Source: Phoronis australis (Eukaryota; Animalia; Phoronida). Taken from it: a DNA stretch of 64,000 bases. Below are positions 42,901 through 54,900 of the stretch, piece by piece. Position 1 is the first letter of the stretch, and every line of letters starts with the position of its first letter. A program made the position numbers and the translations under genes. Location of the stretch: contig NMRA01000095.1 in assembly GCA_002633005.1 (NCBI GenBank), forward strand, positions 1 to 64,000. Direction: 5' to 3'. The notes below the pieces were generated by a model, which had not been told where the DNA came from, did not search any database, and worked only from the letters and a program-made list of their open reading frames with translations.

Positions 42901-45900
42901 CAAATAAGTGTTCACGATATACTGCCTTGCATTACATCCAAAGCACGTGATCACTCTTGGACTAGTCTTACGTCATTATTGCGTCTACAGAACTCGGCTT
43001 AACAGGTGGAGAAACCTAGTGCAGTCGTCTGTTCACTTGACATCCCATTCATGTTCATCAGTAATTTTAGTTAACAGGACAATTTTCCACATGCACCCTG
43101 AAACGATAATTGTTATCAGCACTTGTGCAAAAGTGCATAATATGATAGAACTCGTGCACTATGTCTGTATTTCTAATATCAAAGCGTGCATGCAAATTTT
43201 GACACTTTTACCGCCTGTGCCAGTCACTTTTAAGTAACTTGGGATGCGTTCATGGGGTTAATCCAGTGTGCTTTGGCGTAGCCAGACGTATTCCGTCGGG
43301 GAGGGGCCCGGGGGGCTGCACATGCGGCATTGTGGAGTAAGAGTGACAAAGAGGGGATCACTTTCAATAAACAGGAAGATCAAACGCGAAATTGAACAGT
43401 AATTCAACCTTTCGATGGCGTTTTGCAACAGACAGGGTGTCAAAGCTCCGCTGTTCCCCCCCTTGCTATGCCGGCCGTACTGACAATAGCTGTTGCAAGA
43501 GTCTTACTTTGGAAACCCAGAATTTAGGCTTACTTCTATCTGATTACAGAATCAATCATGCTTAATCCAAGGACAGTGCTTCCAGGATGGGGAAGTGAAC
43601 CCGGCAAATGATTGCGAGTTGTGTTCAGCCAAAAACAACAGTGGAGATTGGACAAAGAAACACGTGAGTGCGAGGAAAACTGCTGTGCATAGTAGGTAGT
43701 GGCTGCACGTGATTTACTCACCAGTTCAGTTGCGTTAATCGCCTAAAAATCTGATTGGTTCGTAAGCTGGAAATCATCATCAAGAATCAACCGAGGTAGA
43801 GTTCAGTAAAGCTATAACTCAAACTAGGACCTCGCTACAAGCAAGACTTCACGAGATTATGGGAGATATTGTCTTGTATTTTAAATGAAAACAGGCGTAC
43901 GTTCAGTAGACGCTAGGACCAAGCTAAAATCTAGTCAACACTACGTGTCCCTATTTAAAATACACAGCAATATCGCTCGTAATCTCGCGAAGTCTTGCTT
44001 TATAGCGAGGTCCTAGCGTTACTGAACGGGAGGCTAGACTGGTACTTTTGGCTAGATTTTTCTAGTCCCGAAACAGATACTGAACTCTACCCCGATGTCG
44101 TTCCCGTTGCCTGTAAGTGTCTAGTGCTTTGCACTCGCGAACCGCACCATCACCCGAGTTTCACGAGATATCGCCTTGCATGACGCTGAGCACGTGATCA
44201 CACTAGAATTGCGTTATTATTGCATCTACACAGCTCGGCTAACGGGTGCAGAGAACCAAGTGCAATCGTCTGTGTGTTCGCTTCACATCCTCGGCCTTTC
44301 ACGTTTGCTCAACAGTAATTTTAGTTTAATTGGAAAATGGCCCCATGCACCCTCGCACATTATCATCTAAACTGCGTTGATGTGAAAGAGCTACACTGTA
44401 TAAGGGAAATTGTGTTGATGTGATGGAACTACGTGGGAAAAATGGAAGTTAATCCTAATTAACGTACCGATAAAATCACCAGGTATGTTTTTTGTGCAAA
44501 TTAAGTCTGTCTCGGTGATTTTTTATTTTGCCATATCTCGCTGGTTATTTCATGTACTTGAAAATATATGTGGATAGCAATGCTTTGACGGTCAAGCATT
44601 GCGAAAAACACATTTTCAAAGTAAGCCCTTTTTTCTGTTCTGTATAGTTAAATTGCACTTTAGCATTGCCGTTCTTCAAAGACGCATCACGTACTGTAAA
44701 ACGAATGAAAATCGATAAAAACAAACACAAGTCTTAGTAGTAAGCATAGCTCTAGTAAACAAAACAGAACGATGAATGCTGCAAGTATCCTGTATACATG
44801 TATGAAGCACTGGCCAAAGATTGCAGCGACAAGTGACGAAGGCTTCACGAACGGGTGAACTCAAGGTTATCTGGTTTCTTATCGACAAGGCTGTACATTT
44901 AACAGAATGTCTAGAAAAATACAAAACTCAATAAAACTAAATATTTTCTGAGAGTATAATGGCTACAAAAAATTTATTGTTGACTTTTTAGCAAGCTGTC
45001 TAAATGATTGGGTCATGTGACCAGGTTTTTAATAAATTTTAGGTATTTCTATAGCAAAACAACGTTATCAATCACAAGATCAAATTTCATTTTATATGAA
45101 TATTCAAGGTCAGGTATGAAAAACGTTGTTACAGTTTTCTAAAATATTATTTCATTTACCTTTTATCAACTTTAAGGATGTTTCATGAAAACCATAAACA
45201 TGTAGATCCCCACGCAACAGTGGAACATTGTCAAAACAAGAATAGTGCATAAACAATTGTGTCACAAAATTTCATGTGAATCCAATCGGACGCTTCTAAG
45301 ATATAATTTTCCGCATCTGTCAAATTTGGTCTTTTTATAGGGTCCTACATGTACATAATCGGTTGAACTTCTGAAGTATATACACTGTTCTATCAGTGGC
45401 TATTCGGAAGAACATTAAAAAGTTTTGCTGTGATTTTGCTTATTGAAATGTTGGGTAAATATCTAAACTTCCATGTAAATTATAGGCAATCCGTCAATGA
45501 AGAATGGGTTCTCGATACTGTAACAACGAATCACTTAGGAAATGACTCGTTTGTACACAATGGTGGTACTAATTCGCATAAAAAATACTTGGGGCATTTT
45601 TGTAATATTGGTATTAATTTTCAATTTGTCTCGTTATTTCCCTCACAAAAATGTAATTTAGTATTTACTTTACAATGGCAATGGACTACCATGGTTAGAA
45701 ACCACCTACATGTGTAGTAAGGTTTTGCTACAGTGTATGTCAGGTTGATTTGCTCATCGCCTATACTGGTTCCTAATTACTGGCGTGTGATTGAGAATTT
45801 AAAGTTATATTTTTGGCTATATTTTACTTATTCCGTAACGAACGATGCTTTTGACGTTGCCGTCCTGGCGTTCTGCAGTAAATGTCCACTTTGCAAGGTT

Positions 45901-48900
45901 ACACGAATTGTTGCACGATAATCTGCAGCTTGCATGCAATTGTGTGAATTGATACTTGGTGAAACCAGTTGATGAAGTCTTGTTTCTTCCAAAATGCTTT
46001 AGGTGTCGCTCCTCTACAATGTTGTGTACATAAATATAAATGTAAATATCGTTTTATTTCAATAGGAGCATTCCTGCTTGATTGGAGGAACTTGTTATCC
46101 CGAAGATCAGACGAATCCTTCCAATGACTGCGAAATGTGCTCATCCCAAAACACTTCTAGCTGGACAAAGAAATATGTGAGACCTCAAGATGGATAAATG
46201 TCATATCAGATTTTTGCCTAATAAATTTCAAAGTGTTGTGGAAATGTATGCGCAGCACACCAACCAAAACACAGGATTGCACCAAAATCAAACGAGTTGC
46301 CCTCTCTCTCAACACAAATTAGCCTCACTTGGGCCTTGTATTATAAGAAGTAAGTTGTGGCATAAATAAGAAATTTTGTCCCTGCAAATTTGTAATCTTC
46401 TGAATTGAGCTCAATATACTTTCCATAATGGTTATGTGTGAAATATCACCGAGACGGAATTTGTTATATAAATTTTCTCTCACTTCTCAGGAAATAAGTT
46501 AGCCTTGGTGACTAGGCACGTTGTCTGCTTTCAGAACGTCTCGTGTCTAATAAAGGACACTTGCCACGCCGAGGGAGATGTAAACCCGTCCAACGCGTGT
46601 GAAACTTGTTCATCAAAGAATGATTCCACCTGGTCGAAGAAATTTGTAAGTTCCCTTGTTAAAGCTAGGTTCTCAGAGATTATGATTGTGGACGTGGTTG
46701 GATCTGAAATACTGGCAGTGATACCATATACCATATGCCAAAAAAATTCAGAAGCCCTCAAGCGGACCCTGAAGTATACAATATTGTCACCGCTATATAG
46801 TGACTAGGCTACATATATTCAAATTTTTTTGAGCTGACGTAAGACACTAGATATGTGACTGAAGCAACTAGACGTCTATCGTTTGCAAGAGCATGGAAAT
46901 GAGGTTGAACCAAAAGCTGTTCACAAAAGCTGAACGGAATACCTCTCTGTCTGAATTTTCAATTCTTATTAAAATTAGTAAACTGTCACGGATTATGTAA
47001 ACAATTATGTCAATGGTTGATAGAGAATGAACGGATTACAAGAAAAAAAGGGGTTATTCTGGACCAAGCAGACCAACGTCAGAGTTTTCTGCAGACATGC
47101 ATATTGAAATACGCCCAGTAAGCAAATACACTAAGTGCACTTATTTAGGAGTGCATGGCTGGACCCTAAACTACGGGTAACCTCTCTCATTCTCATAGCA
47201 AGTGGCACGGAAGTCGCGATTTAAGTAAATGTCCAACAATAGTCTTACACGTAACTGAGAGAACAGTCATTCAAAGCTGTGTTACATGTATGGCGGTACT
47301 GTCAGACTCTCGCAGGCTAAAGATTCATGCACCCGGATATTCTTTACATCCATTTATACTCCAGGTCGTTTATTTGGACTTGACTATTGTTCCGAAACTG
47401 ATATTTTCTGAATAAACGTCTTGTGGTTGTGTGCAGAAAATCCTGCATGGACTGTATCAATAGTGACTAATGTCCCAGTCAGTTCACTGCAACGGAAATA
47501 TTCACTACGCCATTTGGAGGGTAAACATCATTGAGGGAGGTATCGGCCACAAGACGTTAAAATATTCTGAGCTTACTTTGCCTAATTTCTCGTGGAAGGT
47601 TAACGAAAAACATGATTCACTATACACTCTACTTTTTTGATATTGTTTACTGTGTTATCTTTTCATTTTTTCGTGATATTGCCAAGACCTCTGTTTGCTA
47701 GAAGATTGCCGACTCATTTATTGTGATCTGGTTACGGCCGCTTTAGTCTTTCTTCAAACATCTCGAGGCCCAGTCTACCAAATATTCTGATAAAGGAAAC
47801 ATGTTTAGTAATAATTATTTGATTAATTCTTAAAATGAATCAGAGTACATGTAGACCGGAGAGAAGTGCAAACCCATTCGGCTGTCTGAACATTTTTGAT
47901 ATGTTCAACTCATCTTGCACCGCAGTCCAGCGATCAAGTTCACTTCGGAGTGCGTAATCGAAAGAGATTACTCCGACAATGCTCTTTTCGGCTATTCGCT
48001 TCTTTTTCTCACATATACGCTTGTGATTAATCGGCTTTTATCAACATTCGACACCGCCCGCGTCGTGCATTTTCATACCGCCTCATCCAACAAAACAATT
48101 GATTAGTTCACCGCCCCTAATTCAGTGTGAACTGAACTTTGATAGGAATTCATCATAAGGAATCATCCCCTTTATATGGATACGACCAGGATAACGCGTG
48201 TGGAATGCCTTTTTAAGGCTTACACGGATATTTCGCATCCTGGTTAGCGCCCTCCTCCCAATTAAATCCTAGGTGTGCTAATATTGTGTTGTTAACCGGA
48301 TTTTTTAATTTTGCATTGTACATGTAGGTTAACTCGTGTTCCATTAACGGATCGTGCTACGCTGACGGCGAAAGTAATCCTGCCAACGCCTGTCTTGTGT
48401 GTTCTGCGCAAAGTAATTCAAGTGTTTGGACACAAAAATACGTAAGAATGCTCAATTAGTTTTCACAGCAATATTAAAATTCCAATATGCACAGATACCT
48501 TTTTCTGAGCAAGAATTTTACAGTTTCGGCCGATATTTGCATTTTCAAATCTAATGTTTAATGCACCTTTATCTGCCACCAGCTTCCTCACTGGGACTCG
48601 TATCATGACCTAGTGACAATTTTTAAAGAAAGGACGTAAGCCCTGGGGCATTTTAAAAGGTTCCTGAAGTACATGTACAATAACATGCATTTTTAATGTA
48701 ATTTAATTGATGAATAAATACTATATCAGAAAGCACATCTTTGTTACTCTTTCACATTTTTGTAGAAAAGCGTTTTTCCAGTGTTAATTCCTATTGGCTA
48801 ACGCGCGTCTGACGTCACTGAGGCTGTAACGTGGGTAAAGGCAATAAGATAAATCAAGCTTATTATGTATATAGCTCATTGGGTGAATGCCCCTCGGCTA

Positions 48901-51900
48901 CAGAACTGTGCTTAATTTGTGTAGTTCGTCTGCGATCTCGGCGCTCAAAAGTTCATAATACAAGTTTACTCCCGTGAGGTATTGAGTATTAGTGGAGCGA
49001 TGCCCGATTCTCGGCACGGGCCAGGAAAGGGCCTCGACTGCGTAGCCTTGCCTTGGTGCAAGCTGTATAGTAAATATACAGCGGCCGTTGCACCGACGTG
49101 CGTAAAAACTGATCAAATAAAATCTGACACAAAATCAGTGTAAACCGTAAATTGTTGACTGGTGTTGAAAAAATTGGCGTTCTGTCGTTCACTTTGCTGC
49201 TAAAAATCGGGTGCGCTCTTTAATGTCGGCTTTTGGCGCTGTCACCTGTTGCCTTATTGGCCAGTTTCGTTCCCCGAGTTGTTCTTCCTCCAAGCGATCG
49301 AACTGTTCTTCGAAGTTAGTCACAACAAATTACCAGAACTGATTTCATTTCCTTACAAGTTTTTAGTATTTCAATGCCAGGAAACCGAATTTCATAAAAA
49401 ATTGCTCCTGCGAAGCTGTCATAATTTCTCGACGGATGTCGCAAAATTTTAGGAAATAGCGAGTGTTGAGCGTGCTGTTTTCTTTGTTAAAAAGGCTGAG
49501 AATTACGAAGTAAAATAACGTTTACTAGATTGTTTTTCACTTAAATGGCTCCAGCGGGCAAGGTGAGTGTCGGTTGACACCCAGATATTTGCACGCTCCC
49601 CTGTCGGTTTAGAGCTCTACATGTTGATATAAGTTTAGCGACGAGGTGACGAGCAGAGCAACCGGGGCTGTGTGAAATTTCGGAGTCTTACGGAGCTCAC
49701 ACAGTAGTACTGGTACCTAAATGTATTTTGAAGAAAATTTTCATACAGCTAGCTGGGTGGCTAGGCCCTGGAATGAATCAAAGCCACAGGAAAGAAAACC
49801 GAAAAAGGTTGTGAGTATGCACATGTTGATCTGTCGACTGGTCTACGTACTCGCATGGCTAACGACCTACATGTATATATCTTTGTGGTGTACAGCCTCA
49901 GTGTCGTCACGAAAAACAGCGCTTGCAGTGGGGGTTTACGAAACTAATAAATTTTTACTTTTCAAAGTAAAAAAGAAAAATACTGTGCACTAATTAGGAA
50001 TATGTGGATGTCAGTAACCAACCTTTATACTTTCAAAATTCATAATAAAATGCTGAAACATGTAGTTCAGGCCTATTTTAAGCTTAACCTTTAATTGAAC
50101 ATTGTCAATATAGTTCCTCGGAAATGCACCCAGATTATTTTCCAGACCTCTGGGAAAACTTCGAAAATTAATCGAACTGTTTTGCATTCAAACATGATTT
50201 TTATGCTCTGACTTTTCATAATCAGATTCGTGATTAAAACCTATGTGGTTTTAACGATACTCATAAACCATGGTTTCTTGTTTTGTCTGAGAAAGATATG
50301 CTATCTGCATATACTGCGAGTATCACAAATAGGACTCGCAGTCGTTGACTGGAGTGAACCGTTACTTTTTGGCTTAAAACGCTGTCAACTACTCAACATA
50401 AGTGACGTTTTAATCGTTAAAAATGCGTACAAACGTGTGCAACTTAAAACGTCAATTAGCCATGCAAAAAGGAGGTACTGACCAAACGCTATTCTGCAAC
50501 TCAAGGCGCGTTGACTAGAATGGGCCAACATTGTCTGCAGTGCATGTACTTCACCAAACTCTTTTCCTATCATTTCTTTGACGATTTCAGAACCAGTCAT
50601 GCTTAATCCAAGGACGGTGTTATGAGGAGGGACAAGTGAACCCGGCAAATGACTGCGATATTTGTTCAGTGAAAAACAACAGTGGGGATTGGACAAAGAA
50701 ACATGTAAGTGGAACTACATTAACAGACGTTTCATACTATTGATGGGTGTTAAAATTTGTCACAACACGTCCTGGCGTTATTTAGTAGAGAATTTTTCGA
50801 AATGTTGCCGGGTAATATTGAGGGACCCTTGATAGAAGGGCCCGCGATGACTGCGTTAATCACCCTTTTCTATACTTTGACGCAATAGATTTTTTAATAT
50901 CAAGTGTAACTCTGATCATGGGATCATTTAACACTCTTTTAGTGTTTTTGTTGTGAACTTAGCTGTCCTTTCATCGGAAAACAGATTCAGTGCCAGTACT
51001 GTTGCATCTAACTTAATCACCATTTTCTGGTTATCCTGACTTTACCCTGAGGGCGATTTTCACTGCCTGAATCTGTCGTTCAACTTTTTGTGCAATAATT
51101 GATAGCGAACACACATGTGTGTTGATTGCTTACTATTTTCCAAAAACGACATAATTATTCCCTTGGCGCGAGTATTCTCGGACAATCCTAGATTGAAGTT
51201 ATTGTTCGGTGTCCACAAAACACAAATCAGGTACTGTAAATCGTGTACATGTAGCTGTGACTGCACACACATACTTCCTGGCCTTCAGTCACTACAGTTA
51301 ATGCAGTAAGCCCTGTTTTGCGTTTAAAAACATTCTGAGTAGGTGGCGATCAAGCGGAGAAGGGAAATGCCGACGACGTGGGATCCTTCTTCAGAACGTA
51401 TTGAACAGGTGCCTTCATCATAACTTAGAACATAGAACAATATTTGCTGACATACTATATCTAAGCAAGAATGGGTAATCCTTCATTCTTGACACTCGCA
51501 AGTCAACTCGGATGGATCTTGTAAACCACTGTAAATCGGTGAAACGGAGCCTATATACTCTTTGAGAGCTCGTGCTATGTACATAACATATTATGGAGCC
51601 AAGCCAGGCATACTGAATAATACACATAGAAGGGCAAACAACGGTCTAACACAATAACACATGTGATGTGACACACAGTACAAAGTGCATGTGCACAAAG
51701 TTGGCTGAGAATGATTCGCCCTGCTAACCTGGTTTCCGGAGTGACGCATGCGTGTATAATTAAGGGTCTGGGAAAAATTTTAATTCACTTTAAGATGCAT
51801 ATACCATATCCGGAAAAACACACTTTAACCAAAAATGTAACTGGAAACAGTCGTCTTACACTTAAAAGTTCTTATATGGGATGGTTCCCAATGATGAGAT

Positions 51901-54900
51901 CAACTGCTGTTTTTCCAGTTTTTGCGAAAGAACACACCATTTCATGTTAAGTCCCTCTTTATAGGGATTCCAGTAGCGAAATCAGTTGCCAACATTTTCT
52001 TGATTTTATTGCTATATATCCTTCGTTGAAATCACGATTAAACCTTTTGTTCAAAAGCTTCATACGGGTCTGTTGAAGGATCAGATATCATCTGACAGAC
52101 AAGCATTCAAAGTTGAAGTTCAACTCATAAAACAAGTCCCAGTTAACAATGCTTATACTTAACTAATTTTTGTCGATAACCATATAGACACTGAACCTAG
52201 TACTAGTGCCACTAAGAACGTTTTAGTATTATAAGAAGTGTATATCTAATTATTATAGGAGTGGCGAACACGTGCTTGGAAAGGATAACTTTAAGGTGGT
52301 CAAACCTGGTGATAGAGCGAGTGTAATTATTTAGTTTCAGAATATAGTCAAGTCACCTTGTCATGAAAAGCATCCCCAGTCATGAAAGATTACGATCAGT
52401 GGCCAAATGTAACGTTTTTTAGCAATTCACATGTCTTGCCATACCAAATAAGGAGACGTGCATTGGCTTGTGGGAGAAAAATAGACGTAATGGCGAGCAA
52501 ATCCCTTTTTGAGGGTTGAAACTATAAGAAAATGCTTTGATATCAGCAGAAATTATAAATCTTTGCGGACAAATCCTTAAACTTCCGGTGAACAGATTGA
52601 ACTCTGTTTCAGTGACAGAGAATCGCTTTGAATATCGCAATTCTGTCTATTTGTCGCGTTCCAGGCCTCTTTAAAGAACTTAAGGTATGATGATGAGATT
52701 GATCATTGTCATTCGTTTTCGGTCCTTGTAATTATATTTTTTATTTATTAGTTTTTATTTTGTTTCATCGGTCTATTCATGTTAGTTTCTTGCCCTTTGC
52801 CTATTATTTAAATTCTCTTTCATTTTGTAATTCTGTTGGTTTGTCTTACCGTCTGTATGTTTTTACTGAGGGTCCCCCTGGAAAGCAGCGTGCAGTGATG
52901 GGGCTACCCACATTGTAAATATTGCATTAATAATAAATAAAATAATAATAAATAATACGGTAAATAATAAGTTATTTAGTATTACATAAGGGACCCTGAT
53001 CATGGCATTCACCGATGCTCTTTTAGTGTTTTTGTTTCGGATTTTATAGATCCAGCCATGTTATGAGGGCCCCTTGGGAAGGCTTTCGGGATCATGTTGG
53101 AGTCAATAGTGTCTCCTTTTTTCAACATTGAGATTACCCCAGAACACAAAGCGTGTGACAAACCTTTCCATAACACGCTAGAAATTGGAATAGAAAATAG
53201 TCACTTCATCAGAGATGATTCAGGTTGGACGCAGACGTTTCGGCCTGGTCCGCCAGGCCTTTTTCGATGAGTGAGGGGAGTTTCACGCATTTCGCTTATT
53301 TTAATAAAAGTATGTTAGAATACACGGGAGGTATGTGTAGACCTCTGTCCCGATTCAAGATGGGGGCGCTGACTGCTGATCTTTATGGATTCTTTTAACT
53401 TGCGAGCATACCATTTCTGTTCTTTGGCTAACATCTTGGATGATTCAAGGGAGATCGAATGTCCAGTCACCAGTATGTGTTCTTCCACAGCTGTGGGTCT
53501 GTCTAATATCTGGCGTTCGTTGAATCTGGTAAGAAACGGTCTTTTGGTTTCTCCAATGTAGGTTTGGTCGACTAGATGACTTTTTTATCCAATCATTCCC
53601 GTGGAGTTTATGAACCATCGTGTCTGCCGCATTTCGGGGTAGTTCTAAAACCTCTTCGACTCCCACACCCCTCGACCCACTCTACACAAGTAGGTTGGAC
53701 TCGATCTAAATAGAGCAAAGTTAACACTGACTTGCAGGACTAATGGGTTGGGCCGTGAGCTCGGCTGGTTTTTGCCTGATTTTTGCATTTAAGAGAGCCT
53801 ATTCGGCAAGTTTGAAAGCCAAAAACAAGAAAAAAGAACAACAAAAAAAAAAAAAAAAAAAAAAAAAACACGCAACCTACCAACGTTACAAATGTAGTTG
53901 CCAGCAGAGCGTATTCGCCTCTTCTGCTCTTCAATAAATGGCACATTCAATATATTGCTGTGGAGAGTGCGATGAACCGACAAAACTGTAACTTCACCGT
54001 TAAACGCAGTTTGAAAAAAAAATTGTTTACTAAAAAGTATTTCAACGTGCGTCATACGGAGTACATGTATATTGTAAACGAGTATACCACAAAAAGAAAA
54101 TATAACAAAAATTTGAATTTATGTACATTATCGTTGAAACTGTCGCCCAAATTTTAGTAGAACTCGACCATTGGTAGCCGCGGGGAACAATTTCCGTAAC
54201 ATTGATAGTGCGCTCACAATGCGCTATTTCACGTTTTCGCGACACTTTCTGTTCTTAATCACCACATCTGATACAGAGCGAACTTGCGTGTAGGTATGCC
54301 TTATGGGAAAGTCACTCAGAGACGTGCATGTAATAAGATTATGCGATGTATAAAAATAGCAAAAACACATGTATTTCCACATTTCGTGGGTCGAAGGGGT
54401 CATGGGGTTGAGGGGTTATCGGTCGAGGGGATCGTGAGTTGAGGGGTGTCGGGGTCCTGGAGGTAAAAAGGATTTTAGAACAATCCTGCATTTCTTAAGG
54501 ATTGAAGACATTTTTTATGACACTAATAAATGTTATAATCACTGGCCCAGTAGGTCTTTCTTGATTATTTTTCTAGGTCGCCTTTTGTTTGATCGATGGA
54601 CGATGCTTCAAGGACGGTGCCCGAAATCCAGTCAATAGTTGCGAGATTTGTTCTTCTCAAACACAGAGCCAGAACTGGACGATTGACAAATTTAGTAAGT
54701 TTAATTTCTTAAATCTGAACAGGATAACGAAACATTACACATCACATAGCAGTGGTGAAAAAACGTCAACTTCCTGAAACAAATTTTCCAGCAATGCTTG
54801 GTTACAACGACCTGATTGTGGTGACCCAGCATTAATAGGGAATTTGCTTCAGAAGTAACCTTTCGATTTCAACGAGTTAGTAGTCTTTTTGAAAGCCTCT

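Larger units (their letters stand above)
42143..44355 (+). repeat. Tandem duplication of a ~1 kb unit containing Cys-repeat exons 2 and 3
   Basis: About 42143-43100 aligns with about 43290-44355 across both flanking introns. Confidence 0.85.

Noticed and set aside
40450-54694. Repeat array read as a CRISPR-like locus or a set of separate small genes
   Set aside because: The units are bounded by AG/GT splice sites, lack start and stop codons, are irregularly spaced and join in frame to the flanking exons.
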